Source: a virus
DNA length: 64,000 nt
Reading direction: 5' to 3' (one strand)
Virus record (IMG/VR): IMGVR_UViG_3300020411_001722
Span: 1 to 64,000 of that record
Shown piece by piece: positions 9,001 to 17,900 of the stretch. The position numbers and the translations under genes were made by a program. A model generated the notes under the pieces. It made no database searches, was not told where the DNA came from, and saw only the letters and a program-made list of their open reading frames with translations. Numbering within the stretch: the first letter of the stretch is position 1; every line of letters begins with the position of its first letter.

Positions 9001-11438
9001 TCAGTACCCTCAATGATAGAAATCACGTTTTCTATCAATGCAGACGCATCTCCCACATTAGGATCGACTTCATCTGCAGTTTGAGTCAATTGACCATCAA
9101 TAAGGTTTAAAGGATCACCCTCAATTAGACTTGCACGAAGAATTGTGTCAACTACCCAAGTTGCAGCAGAAGGAGATATAACTTCATCCTTTGGATAGTA
9201 AACATCAACCTGTTCACCGAATAAAATCTTGAATAAGAACTGCGAAGCGGTTTTAGTACCCTTAGAAACGTAGAAATCACGAATCTTCTTGATAACCTGT
9301 ACAGGATTGACTTTTGTGTAATCTACATTAAGCGTAGGTAGGTATTGCCGACGCAATTTGTCAAATACCTGATAAATGAAGAGTGTATCAATAGAAGTGA
9401 TTGCGCTACCAGCACTATGATTGCTTAAACGTAAATCTGCCTCTGTTGCAAAGATCTGATTACCGTAATTATCATATGAAATGGTTCCACTAGTACCACG
9501 CACACATCCTACTAATGCAGAAGGTTTATATTCTTGTCCCGCAGTTGTTATATCAAATCCTGTAACTTCATCAAACCCTACATCAACAGAAGAACGTGCT
9601 GCAGCAGGTTCCGCAATATAAACCTTTGGTGGATTAGCAGGATCATACTTTGTACCAAAATTAGTAATACTAATATCAGTAATCTCACCATTAAAGATAG
9701 TTGCAACCGCAGTTGCGCCAGAACCACCTATTGCTACTCCAGCAGCATCCTTTCTATCATCTACAATGTATACAGATGGCGCATCTGTATAACCAGTACC
9801 ACCAGTTAATAGTTCAATATCCGTAACTTCACCGCCACCTATTACAGTACCATCTACATCTAGTAATTGATCCGTAACAGTTACACCCAGTACTTGCGCA
9901 CCAATTGGTTGAATAATACGTGCTCTAGGAGGTGTTAGATATCCTCTTCCCCTATTAGTGATTATGACACTAGAAATCTGTCCTTCTGGAGTTAATAGTG
10001 TAGAGGCAGCTGCCTGTATTCCTCCTACTGGTGGTGGATCTATGTAAATGTATGGAGGATTTTCATATCCTTGACCATTTTTACCTGCAGGTATAGTAAT
10101 ACTTCCTACAACAAGTCTACCTTCCGAATCAATAGTAGGATCAGTAATTTCTGCTCCACCAGGATTCTTAAATGATACAGAAGGTACAAAATCATACCCA
10201 GAACCAGAATTAGTGATAGTAACACTAGAAACCAATCCAGTAGCATCATCAACTGTTAATGATGCAGTTGCCTGAGTACCATTAGGGTTACTTGGGGGTG
10301 CAATTTCAATACTTGGTGGGTTATATGTTGTATATCCTTGTCCACCATCAATTAACTGTATATCTTTAACACCACCAACTAGAGTACGTGCTGTAGCACC
10401 AACACCACCAAGGTCAGATGGTGTAATAGTAACCTTTGGTGCAAAATCTAGACGATAACCACTACCACCCTCTTTAACAATAAGGTCAATTAACGCACCA
10501 GCATCATTAACACTAGAAACAACTTCAGCACCAGATCCAACAGCAAGTGAGGTATACTCAATTGATCGAATATGGATTGTCTCTGAAGAAGATAACTCAG
10601 TTCCAATAAATTCTATGTAATTACCATCAGTAGCAGTCTCATATAGGACATAATCAGTATATGCTTCTAAGAACTGACCATTCCTATTAACAAACAAACC
10701 AATCGCTGATACAGGAGTATAGAACCCTGCATTAAAACGAAGTTTATGTGTTTTAGACGCATCAATAGGTGTGATGGTATCTAAGGTATCGATAACAGTA
10801 CCAGCAAACCCAACCATATAAACGATAGAGGTTGATGCAATATTATCAGTACCAATTCTTGCTCTAGGTGTCGTTAAGAAGCGAATATTACTACCTTCTA
10901 TAACGTAGTCTGTACCAGGTATCTGAGCAATTCCATAAACCCTTACAAGAAGGTGTTCTGCTGATACTGGTGTAACTGGTTCTCCTAAAAACCTTAATGG
11001 GAATGTATTTTCTACTCCATCAAACTGACTGAATGGCGATTCTAAGGTTTGTCTCTTCTTATTGAATTCATTAAGTGAAATGCCAGGTGTCAAAATAGCA
11101 TCAGGACCCCTAGTGATGCTTTCATAGTAAATTACTTCATTATCAATGAGAACGCTTCCATCATTCTCAACAAAACCATCAATTGACTCTACTTCTATTA
11201 ACGACTCATCAAATCCTATATTTTTTAAAAGTGTTGTCCCTGCAGATAACGTTTTCGATGTATATGAATCAACATCAAGGTATAGATTGATGTTGTTTAG
11301 TATATCGTAAGGCTTACCAGTCTTTTCCTGTGACTTATAATATTCAAACAGAAAATTGACAAATTGTTGGTCTTCCTCTCTAATAAAGTCGGGTACTTGG
11401 TACTTGACCCTATCAGAAACACTTATGTTTTTACGCAT
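1..11438 (-). CDS. gp7: Giant baseplate wedge initiator (gp7-like), >3810 aa, 3' end beyond window
   Basis: Not in the ORF track because no stop lies in the window. Manual translation from ATG at 11438 gives MRKNISVSDRVKYQVPDFIREEDQQFVNFLFEYYKSQE. The same frame was verified at 6453-6488, 2232-4680, 550-935 and 3-44. Lies directly after gp6. Contains GSGY-x-P-x-V repeats, a YHYH-like HSPILGWAFDGNPIYGPYG motif, a propeller-like region, LamG and CBM-like modules. Confidence 0.85.
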   Translation of the reverse strand, partial: MRKNISVSDRVKYQVPDFIREEDQQFVNFLFEYYKSQEKTGKPYDILNNINLYLDVDSYTSKTLSAGTTLLKNIGFDESLIEVESIDGFVENDGSVLIDNEVIYYESITRGPDAILTPGISLNEFNKKRQTLESPFSQFDGVENTFPLRFLGEPVTPVSAEHLLVRVYGIAQIPGTDYVIEGSNIRFLTTPRARIGTDNIASTSIVYMVGFAGTVIDTLDTITPIDASKTHKLRFNAGFYTPVSAIGLFVNRNGQFLEAYTDYVLYETATDGNYIEFIGTELSSSETIHIRSIEYTSLAVGSGAEVVSSVNDAGALIDLIVKEGGSGYRLDFAPKVTITPSDLGGVGATARTLVGGVKDIQLIDGGQGYTTYNPPSIEIAPPSNPNGTQATASLTVDDATGLVSSVTITNSGSGYDFVPSVSFKNPGGAEITDPTIDSEGRLVVGSITIPAGKNGQGYENPPYIYIDPPPVGGIQAAASTLLTPEGQISSVIITNRGRGYLTPPRARIIQPIGAQVLGVTVTDQLLDVDGTVIGGGEVTDIELLTGGTGYTDAPSVYIVDDRKDAAGVAIGGSGATAVATIFNGEITDISITNFGTKYDPANPPKVYIAEPAAARSSVDVGFDEVTGFDITTAGQEYKPSALVGCVRGTSGTISYDNYGNQIFATEADLRLSNHSAGSAITSIDTLFIYQVFDKLRRQYLPTLNVDYTKVNPVQVIKKIRDFYVSKGTKTASQFLFKILFGEQVDVYYPKDEVISPSAATWVVDTILRASLIEGDPLNLIDGQLTQTADEVDPNVGDASALIENVISIIEGTDVIYELAISEETLTGNFIIPYKTKLVEYLSQTDQIITVDSTIGWPERNGTIRLNDVEQVQYKERSLNQFIECTRSKNSIVEDWDPGTIVQSEIYVYVNKGLPTECKLRILGIAEAGSTLLDDTGSYYLEGDKLTVAALGSSEADKKLDSWLYNVKKLIRVDSVNPGGDNNQTATIVTSNPHGLLVEDLVTVYGANPTVYNGTFQVTARLDDYTFSYQMLAPTDIIPQGNILLSVDLNRGKSDISSINTAVTPFTSNVQNTFFNKEYVYVAATGLPNYKVGPFTGTALIPGNQRKLLRFPRVVTTVSKRETIAPNSPIGTWVNGVSIWSYKSSTFVRYGPITSIEILNGGTGYDAGSKPNLEITGGGGTGAAAEVVVNGSLFSIEVDTGGTGYTTQPLVSVVGGGGTGATAQAVITGGRVSRVLVEQPGTGYTSQPLISITGGNGTGATATAQVRGPIQSVILSSGGSGYTSLPDVKLNSGEGALAQPIVINGRIVSIAIINSGNGYTTAPNVVINGDGFGSVAKAVIGTIGEDKGKVTTIQILNKGINYTQGLTTIRLEAVGENSEFQSNVFQWTQNLQHNLSSNYDFARGYVFTGYNNQFGGEYAHLVDPKELRYVVGDNVFLDPQTNTFQEVAQNNEHSPILGWAFDGNPIYGPYGYIDPTDQNSGLRRLRTSYRLKDALVYEIDSNPTPTRGDGPPLPPIVNGAEQSPAPEGTYPAGSFVDDYEYAFQLGDLDIYNGRFCKTPDYPDGTYAYFVTIDESNSGVALFPYILGPQFYSQPDTWNLSQEATQDNIPSGVVRYRDPYANVDIDVDRAPNKEPDTITTELEGYPIILEIQDTNNDGLIDSNEQLESIPITEESTLQIYDYFPTVSTESRVDIEVETTTKFESAQIDGFVIENPGVSYQVQDVIFFDNTGTDGFGASAEVSSVEGITILGYSKLIEDDIVYGKITTTSNHDLSVGDEVIVSSTVIPDNTNKKYYTKVVSGIEDIAISQTGVGYNEQIPPTYELIAESGQDALISIDVTQTGQANKVNITNSGNSYSTANPPQIRVSHPQVFKKTRYFFDEYKESTSSFNVKHSIQSSLRYTYVCGSVTKPDGTESAWIAKFDDLGDLIWDRTLEPISGTIKTARYNNMYLDERGENDIIYVIGETEYDNVSANFAPDILLVKYESGFDNANSPEGQVMYQKEIAGVSGVTRRDYGMGVTLGEDERVYICGYTDTNSPDPDDMWVIQLNENGEMREKRKFSSEDDDERMYQVHYLGNSTYQFVGMNMTDYYILLGEFWFDGSNIEINYVKNINPSGGRPQNPRFTIDEYDDLYLVWDIYNNAAQKNSAVGLAKLPRTQINANNPVWDFYRILAPSVTFESIRHADIGIDIFGNIVLITDVKYAENDRKVGLNYIKFDGTMIKQSTIESVGTVGLQAKSHVIDNSGDVITISNKQVSDQVASYRFNGTTDTGAGGFIASIDTITGTSATRGAGVASVGSISGADQQRATNIGNLTTGVGADLRRGGVIQTTGNQSQAEVLRAGTVSTVNNISGADALRGGAVNTVDNISAADPLRGGVVGTVDTIGAAAQRRGGRITLMSNISAANTLRGGKILSIGNVSGPNGLRTPGQYNAVTWSSAANGQTAVFNIDIQSNGQPVINIVNGGISFAINETITVADSQLGGGGAPDVTFDVASIGGFSYTNVSATSTDGASTGNNAAFDVNVSSTGDVSLVINDGGIGYYNTETLSIADSAIGNSGAPNVTFDVSGLGGFQYNNVATTNSGNGNNALKLNVTIDGSGAATAVTVGNNGGLAYAVDNTITIADSVLGNNGAPALTCDVATIVAPQTYSGVAATSTTGNGSGATFDVTIDANGAVTLAVATAAGLGYAEDDQLQIQDSNLGNSGAANIDFQVNTLKAPPLYSNVPTSTNGSGTGCTFQVTINTDGSVANLNVTNPGNGYQAGDTLTIADANVGNNGAAAITCNVATVSGGALYNGVAPLSTTGNGAGGTFDITVDSSGAITSLVIANAGRGYAVGEVITIADASIGNRGAANFTFEVTGTQGITYSGITAWSTNGSGINAVFDVVIDNLGAFTTLTATNRGQNFALSNQVTILDSTLGGQGAGALVMDVASIQGHQYNGVAPTSNGNGENATFNITIDGSGAASAITVVNPGQEHQLGNVFTVTDAQIGNFGGANLTFDVATLQAIQYTNISAAGGSGVNASINVNVAANGATTIEMNKTGRNYKASEVLTVTDSQVGNYGYSDITFNIASVINVFDQTKQNNGTASLYNATNAIIDGTIKKFGTDSIKFQAENHYSITDLNLNGKEWTLQAWFRIESSIHTAANSYPTFFFTEPNDASNPSNELRLFIDGDQTSGDYGKVKIAAAGVEVMETASATIWTNFAADAWVHIAFVKDEPTLGNFTYTVFSNGTQIGQWSTTTDIPIDNVYVGGLLTPTATTSLLGNVDDFVVDATAQYTGSSFTVPTEEIAVRTNNNSIALVKLDREHLKRGTYTLSGLSDHTSAIIAEDTNWTYNSTTGPVVTNWTIGPGGLQILDYSDVNSQLTPGTYTFDNDPFVYGSKTSTVPTPGGKKLKISPVVTPKYYMKDASYTKIDSVQKMVFNQDVKFTKGTILQQYNDSDVVGAFGTIVEVPEGEIATPGLGNTYKVGKIYPAGATFNTTDKFKTTTAADTASNVISDIVFTAERVEAEWKAATAYTAGDVVYANGKFYSATTNATSGPNRPSHSTGNQSDGGVSWDYTSNATDALELDLANTAYPVPREPAWKQLVIHEIGDLVYNGRQLYKCTVSGRTSKVAPTHTTGTATDGTVTWEWQKTFDPLSNYARFKTFDPAEAYYQIQVNEIYHDSNSIVNDSLSLGGTITVNPKVDEPTVLQINNINSIKKVTIQAILDKTILLTTGGQTRTEDVYCVANSRHNFDAGNILFTEGFSTNEFNGSFFVKEVFSSRDFTFTTRAIPSAEPAFVNGSIARVDIYTKHPTLMLTRNHNYIFDMSDSSNVG
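2232..4622 (-). repeat. Protein repeat block in gp7: 9 x ~17-aa segments (4161-4622) followed by 9 x ~71-aa segments (2232-4160)
   Basis: Manual translation. Heads resemble TVSTVNNISGADALRGG; bodies resemble xYxxV...GxGATFxVxIDxxG...GxGYxxxxxITIADxxLGxxGAxxLTFDVxxI. Confidence 0.9.
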
Positions 11439-11441
11439 CTC

Positions 11442-13538
11442 TTAGAAGCAGGAGTCGAATTCTGGATACGCAAAGGTATCCGAAGGATAATCAATGATAT
11501 TTATGTCGGTAGGACCATAGTTCCAACCGTCGAAGTTGTTAGGATCAAACGGAGAAGTTACCGCAGGATTTGTGTTATAATCTATGGGGAACACGTTAGG
11601 GTTGAATATAATTGGATCAACTCCTGGTGGAATTACAATAGAAACAGAATATGGGTTTGCTGCTATAGGTAATCTTGTACTACCATCAGGTGTACCAGCA
11701 ATTGCTAAAGGTCCAACGCAAACATGTCCTGTTGCATAATCAACTGTTCCAACATCACTATTTAAGATTAATTCTTTCTCATTTCTAGTTGTAACAAGCA
11801 TCATCTTACCTTTACCATCATCACGGATGTTTACAGGTACCAATGTCTCTGTATCTTCTGAAGTTAAAGTTGTTGATAACTGAGAAGTAGAAACACCCTC
11901 TGCAACAACATCTGCTAACTTAGCGGTATATCCAGTTGCATAGAAAGTACCAGATTTTACACTAGAATATGAAGGAGAACAGGTTGTACCAGTTGGAGTA
12001 TCGTCTCCTCCAGAAGGATCAGTAGGTTGTCCAGAATGTTCATTAGGATCATGTAATGGATTACCAAAATCCAAACATTCTGTAAATACACTACCAAAAA
12101 CAAAATTTTCCAAATTCTGACCCAAGGTTATTTGAGTAACACTACCAGAAATGGCATCATCAGTGTTATCAAGCATTGAGGTATATTTTGAACCTTCAAG
12201 ACGACCACCAAACCTATCAGTTTGACCAGCATCATTGAATCTATCAATATTTCTCAAAAGATCAGTTTCAAGTTCAGATGAACTCTTTCCAGTAGCATTA
12301 CCATCATAATATACCCAAGATTTTGGAATTAGATAGTAAGAAACAGGGTCAGTAATCACTGGCTCAATTGCTGCCATTGAATACTTCAATAAATCGTTCT
12401 TTATGCTAGTCTTAGTTGTAGCATTCAGTTTTGTCCCTGCTTTAGATCTAATAGCAATGAATACTTTACCGTAAACAGGTGGACTTAACTTCTCACCACC
12501 ATAAGCGGTTATTGACGCTGCTTGAGGATATATGGTTGAAACAATGTATTCATAGTCTGCTTCAGTAACCGCCCTGTTCTGCGTCGCATACGCCCTAGGA
12601 GCGTTGAATTTGATGCTTAGGGGTGTTTCCCTAGATTCACCGTCCTGTGCTGCATCTATGGTCGTTACCTTGATGTTCTGAGGAGGTATAGGTCTACCTT
12701 CTGAGTCAATTATAAGTCCAGTGAAGGCAAAATCAGTACATCCATTCGCTTCTTCTCCAACTGTACGTACATAATGTAAATCTACTATCTCACCATCAAC
12801 TAATTTACGTCCTAGAACACCATCACCAAAAATAACTTTATATCTAAGATCATCTACTTCCTCTAAGAAGTAAATACGACTATTAGAGTCCAAATTAACT
12901 GCATTACCTACAGGAGAGTAAATATCAATCTCTTGTGACTGAACATTTGGACGTACTTGAACTTTAAGTAGTTCAGTATCAATATTTTCAGATGGTATAA
13001 TGAAATCTTGGTCTTTAGTATCATCTACAGTGTAGTTGAAATCTAATAGATTACCTTGATAGAAAATAATCTTGCTAAAATTAGCAAGACCAGTTGTAGG
13101 GTTAACTGAAACCTGAATATCATTACGAACACAGAAAACGTAACTGTCAACTACGTTTCTTGATATAAAGACATCACCTTTCTTAAGGGTAACTGTAGAA
13201 GGAAAATTAGTACCACCACCAACAGCAGAAGTTTGAACATCAATTGCTACACATGCCCTTGCAGCTTTGATGGATCTTGGTGTATAATTTAATTGTTTAG
13301 CAATACGTACAATATTATCTCTAACAGTAGCAGATTCCAAGAAGGTCTCGTTCAATGCCATATTTGCATTGAATGCACTGTAATACGTATTGTATGCTAG
13401 AATGTCAATAAGGTATGCAGCACTAGATCCCTCAAAATCATAATCAGTAAATTCTGATCTAGTTCTTAAATACGATTTTATCGACTCCTTAATTTCATAG
13501 AAATCGAGTGAAGTAAGTTGTGAAGGAACGGCTGGCAT
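11442..13538 (-). CDS. gp6: Baseplate wedge subunit gp6
   Basis: N-terminus LDFYEIKESIKSYLR..FTDYDFEGS..LAYNTYY..ETFLESAT.R and QNRAVT..DY motifs typical of T4 gp6; lies between gp25 and gp7. Confidence 0.95.
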   Translation of the reverse strand: MPAVPSQLTSLDFYEIKESIKSYLRTRSEFTDYDFEGSSAAYLIDILAYNTYYSAFNANMALNETFLESATVRDNIVRIAKQLNYTPRSIKAARACVAIDVQTSAVGGGTNFPSTVTLKKGDVFISRNVVDSYVFCVRNDIQVSVNPTTGLANFSKIIFYQGNLLDFNYTVDDTKDQDFIIPSENIDTELLKVQVRPNVQSQEIDIYSPVGNAVNLDSNSRIYFLEEVDDLRYKVIFGDGVLGRKLVDGEIVDLHYVRTVGEEANGCTDFAFTGLIIDSEGRPIPPQNIKVTTIDAAQDGESRETPLSIKFNAPRAYATQNRAVTEADYEYIVSTIYPQAASITAYGGEKLSPPVYGKVFIAIRSKAGTKLNATTKTSIKNDLLKYSMAAIEPVITDPVSYYLIPKSWVYYDGNATGKSSSELETDLLRNIDRFNDAGQTDRFGGRLEGSKYTSMLDNTDDAISGSVTQITLGQNLENFVFGSVFTECLDFGNPLHDPNEHSGQPTDPSGGDDTPTGTTCSPSYSSVKSGTFYATGYTAKLADVVAEGVSTSQLSTTLTSEDTETLVPVNIRDDGKGKMMLVTTRNEKELILNSDVGTVDYATGHVCVGPLAIAGTPDGSTRLPIAANPYSVSIVIPPGVDPIIFNPNVFPIDYNTNPAVTSPFDPNNFDGWNYGPTDINIIDYPSDTFAYPEFDSCF

Positions 13539-13539
13539 G

Positions 13540-13953
13540 CTAAGCTCTCTCTAAGAGAAAATCGACTGTTTGTAGTATAGTTTGTCCCGTAATACGATAA
13601 TCAAGAGCAATATTTAATTCATTAACATCTTCATCAGCTTGAACACGAACATCAGTCAATTCAACTCTTGGTTCTAAGCGTTCAATGACGTTTCGTATCT
13701 CAGTTCTCATTTCTTCCGCTAAAAATACGTCAAAAGGTTCAAAAAGAAGTCCTTTAATACGTGAACCTATAGCTGGTTGAAATGGACGGTCACCAAAGTT
13801 GGTTAACATCAAATTTCTGATGGATTGCTTAATAGCATTCTCATTTTTCACGGCACCAAAGTCTTTAGTGTTGGGATTTGCAGCAAAAGAAATCGCTAGG
13901 TCTTTAAAACCCCTACTTAGAAATTTTTCTGATCGAAATCTGTAGGCTGGCAT
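13540..13953 (-). CDS. gp25: Baseplate wedge subunit gp25 (sheath initiator)
   Basis: AIKQSIRNLMLT..GDRPFQP.IGS....LFEP...EPRV motif of the GPW/gp25 family. Confidence 0.95.
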   Translation of the reverse strand: MPAYRFRSEKFLSRGFKDLAISFAANPNTKDFGAVKNENAIKQSIRNLMLTNFGDRPFQPAIGSRIKGLLFEPFDVFLAEEMRTEIRNVIERLEPRVELTDVRVQADEDVNELNIALDYRITGQTILQTVDFLLERA

Positions 13954-13974
13954 TTTATTTGCTATCTATAGATT

Positions 13975-13981
13975 TATTTAT
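13975..13981 (-). promoter_or_regulatory. T4-type late promoter (ATAAATA) upstream of gp25
   Basis: ATAAATA about 20 nt upstream of the gp25 ATG. Confidence 0.7.
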
Positions 13982-14277
13982 CACACTTTGTAGAAAGTAT
14001 ACTTTAAGAACAATTCTTGACCCTTCTTAATTGGTTTAATAGTTCTCATATGATATATCTTACCCCACTCTTCTTGCTCAAAGACTTTAACGCAGTTTGG
14101 ATCATCAGAATGATTTACAAACCCACCTAAAGGAGTTCTCATAATCTCTTCATCCACTACTACATGAGATATACCAAGATAAACATCATCAGGTATATCC
14201 TCCAAAGCAAATAAGCCCTGTCCAGCGACAGGGCTATCTTTTATGTGTAAACAGTTAGGTAATGCTTTGTAAGTCAC
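13981..14277 (-). CDS. Minimal SET-domain protein (lysine methyltransferase family)
   Basis: GQGLFA (GxG), FVNHSDDPN (NHS motif) and IKKGQELFLKY (GEEL..Y motif). Confidence 0.85.
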   Translation of the reverse strand: MTYKALPNCLHIKDSPVAGQGLFALEDIPDDVYLGISHVVVDEEIMRTPLGGFVNHSDDPNCVKVFEQEEWGKIYHMRTIKPIKKGQELFLKYTFYKV

Positions 14278-14420
14278 CTTCCTTGACCTCTATATTTCTT
14301 CTTAGCAGCGTTTCTTGACGATGCAGCGTACTTAGTGTTCTGACTATCGCCTTGACGACTCTTTTTAGGTTTTGTAGGAACGTAATTTCCCGTATTACTC
14401 CATACTCCCTTTGCAGCCAT
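14274..14420 (-). CDS. Small basic K/R-rich peptide, 48 aa
   Basis: Manual translation MAAKGVWSNTGNYVPTKPKKSRQGDSQNTKYAASSRNAAKKKYRGQGR. Its stop overlaps the SET GTG start (GTGA). Confidence 0.75.
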   Translation of the reverse strand: MAAKGVWSNTGNYVPTKPKKSRQGDSQNTKYAASSRNAAKKKYRGQGR

Positions 14421-14449
14421 AATAAAATTGGTTAACTGTACTAATTATA

Positions 14450-14983
14450 TCATGAAGCAAGCACTGTTGCACTACCCCATGCAACACAACTCGAACATGG
14501 ATATGACCAACCCGTAAATCCGACTCCCAAGGGGTCAAGCAATCTACCTATAGGTAACTTCAAAGCAAACACTGTAAGCGTAGTGGTGAACAGGGTTCTC
14601 GGATGCCCTATTCCACCAGCATCCTCAATTGTAAGTAGTGAACAGACAATTGGTGTAGGAACAGGGCAAGTTGATTTACCACAAGGACACCAATAGATGA
14701 TAATATTTGTACACGGACTAGGATGTGGTATAAATGTATCACCCAAAAGGTATATGGGTAAGAAATGTACTAGAACCGTTGCTCTGATAGGAGTTAGAGG
14801 TGTAAGCGGTACTGTAGCGAGTGGTGGCCACCAACAAGTGAACTCTTTTACCTTAATTGTGTAAGGAATGGGTGGAGTTCCGCAACTTTGATTACTATGC
14901 ACCGTTGAAGGTAAACATAATCCGTGTCCACTGCAAGGTAAACCATTATGTGCGGCTACTGGTTTTAAAAATCCGTATGCCAT
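14450..14983 (-). CDS. PAAR-like baseplate spike-tip protein (gp5.4-like), Cys-rich
   Basis: GH..C.P, GD..IPH, GH, IGRL.DP..C....GS.TV pattern of PAAR proteins; position near gp25. Confidence 0.7.
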   Translation of the reverse strand: MAYGFLKPVAAHNGLPCSGHGLCLPSTVHSNQSCGTPPIPYTIKVKEFTCWWPPLATVPLTPLTPIRATVLVHFLPIYLLGDTFIPHPSPCTNIIIYWCPCGKSTCPVPTPIVCSLLTIEDAGGIGHPRTLFTTTLTVFALKLPIGRLLDPLGVGFTGWSYPCSSCVAWGSATVLAS

Positions 14984-17900
14984 TAGAAACCATCTCCTAT
15001 AATTTCACCAATATCCGTTTCACACTCAGAGAAATACGGATTACTCAAATATTGAACCGCTTTAGAGTAAGTAATCGTCGCACCTGTCAAATAATTACGC
15101 ACTTTCATTTCTCCTCGGTACGGTCCCATAACCATTTGGTTAGTTCCAGTTATTCTTCCAGGTTGAACTGCGATAGAAGAATCCAACACTTCATTTAGTG
15201 CTACGCAAGCAGCAAATAATTCTGAGGTTGCACCATATGTTTGACCAGGAATAGGATCACCATCTGCATCATATCCGCACCAAACTTCTAAAGGTCCGTC
15301 AGCAGCAACCACGTCACGAACGAAAGTATCCCAACATCTATTAGGTGGTTGTCCACCAGACCACGGTAAAACATCAATTTCCGTGTAATCGAACGTATGT
15401 TCCGTACCTGAACCTGGAACTTCTGGGTCAGCATGTGCTACCCATGTTGCAACACCCGCTTGAGTGCTCACATTTCCCTGTAACCAACCTTGTAATTGCT
15501 CTAATTCTGTATATCCAGATCTATTATAGTCAAATGTGTTCTCATCTAGTCCAGTTGGCACGAAAACTATGCCTCCAGACTGAGGATCACGGTAACAACG
15601 ACCTTCAACTGGTCCTCTCCAGCAATTCCAGCACTTTTCACCGTTAGGAACAGTCCTAGTTGGGGTTAACTTGGCTGCTGGCATGTCATTGCGAAGGAAA
15701 TCCATGAATTCTTGCCCCTGTGACCCCGTTGTATGCCCCTCTACGAGCATCGAAACGTTAAAAGAGGCATTATCATTCTTCGAGGCACAATATTTGTGTA
15801 TCATCCACCCATAAGCGGTCTCTTTAGGTTCATCATTTGGGTCTAATGGTTCAGATAACCCTTTATAGGAGCAAGGAATGTCGAAAAATCGACTTGCGGT
15901 GTAAGTTTTTGGTTGAGGAAGGACAATACAGTTCTTTCCTTTGTTAAAACCATACAAACCACCATGATTTACTGCCTCTCTGTCAGCAGTTTTACCTGCT
16001 AGGACTGCATCAGGCCAAACTTCTTGATAGAAAGTAGCAATATTTGGTGAATATTTGTTCATTTCCGTAAATTGGTCATCTTTTGGCAGTGCATCAGAGA
16101 CAATTCCAGGAAAATTATGGTTTAAACACGCAGCAGGTAGGTCTTGACACAGTGTAGTCTGCTCTGAATCCGATACTTCGGTGATTTTTAGGTAACCTTC
16201 TGGTATATCTACCTTTACACCCGCTTCAATTTCTTCAAATGGACGTGCCATTAGCACATCGATGTCAAAACCATCCTCAGAAGACATATATTCCTTCACA
16301 TGTTTGTACTGACCTTCGTCTTGCTTCGCTCCAGACATGTCTGTACCTTCAAAACCCTTACTTACTCTATCTGGAATGACTACAGCAATGTATGGTGGGT
16401 GGTCTGCAGTGTACCCTGCACCCCTTTCTTCGACTATAACACCAATAATTGACCCTGAGTCATCAAGTTCACTAACTCTAACCACCGCTTGTTTCTGCTG
16501 TACCGCCTTTCCTCTGTTAAATACCACCTGTTTTGCGGTAGCATCATCACTAGCAGCCAAAGTATTGGAACCTTTTTCAATAGCATTGAACATTTGGACA
16601 TCATAATTCTTCGTAGATATGAGATCATCACCCTGTTCTTGCTCTTCTGCGGGGTAACTGGGTATAACTTGACTATCAACCTTGTTCTGATTGTACATTT
16701 CTGACGCTAAATCACCGCCAGTGAACTCTTCCATGATTCCAGGAGAGCTAACTGCCAGTTGAATGTTCTCCATATTGTACCCTCTACCCGAATTTACGAT
16801 AATTACATCCACTAATTCCCCATTATCGTTGATCACAGGCTCCAATTTTGCTTCATCTAGCGTCCTCATAGCAACCAAAGCGTCACTATTGACCTCTACT
16901 CGGTAGTAAGATATGTTTTTTCTGAACTCATACACCCCAAAGAACGCACATTTATCAAAAATACCGTATCCAGCGAGTGCAATTATGGTTGCACCGTCCT
17001 CTGCAGTGTAAGTTTGACGGTAAACGAAGTCTTCACCTGCTGGCATATCGCTATCCATCTCATTTAATTCCATGAAACCTGCTTTTTGCTTGTCTCCAAA
17101 GTAACGAATCTCGGAAATTAACCACCCATTGATCATTTCTCCACGCTTAAACGCACCAGTAGATGATGTATAGCGGAATAGTAGGCGGGTTGTATGTGTA
17201 TCAGCGACCCAGAAGGACTCATTTACACCTGAAGAGTTACCATCAGACAGTTCTATGGTCGAAGAAGTGGTCTGCCAACAGTCTTCACGGATAGAATAGA
17301 AGTGAGAATGGTAAGTATAGTTAGGAATACACTCTGGACAACCCGATGAGTCCTCTGCATTAGGGCAACATGCTGCATCTGAGAGAGTATACTGTATAGA
17401 ATAGATCGGACCGTTCCAAGGAAAGGACGTATCATACAAATAATAGACAAATTGGGAGTCATACATGTCCTCGAAACCCAAATATCGAGGAACAGAACCC
17501 TTAACAGCACCGTTCAGACCATAAGACCACTCAAAAAGTGCATCTTCAGTCAACATTTCAGCAAAATCTGGGTCACCCCAACCGTTTACAGCAGGAGTTC
17601 CCTCCCAACGGTTGCCATTTTGATCCATTTGCTGTCTGTACATGAAGTATGTGTACTGACTATTGCCATTATAATTACTGTCATCCTCTGGACGGTAGTC
17701 ATACCAACCACTTTTGTCCACACATTGACCACAAGGACCAATTTTACCTACATCTATTACTGTTTTCTGCCTACGATCCTCAACCATAAGGATTCTAAGG
17801 ATACCATTACAGTCATTTCCATGTCCATCCTTCAAACATAACCATTGTCCACCATCTCTAACCTCAATTGGACTGTTAGAAGGGTGTAAATTAGTGTATG

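Noticed and set aside
73-11672. Numerous short plus-strand and off-frame ORFs in the track over gp7/gp6
   Set aside because: They are antisense or alternate-frame shadows of the long gp7 frame, which the track missed because it has no stop in the window.
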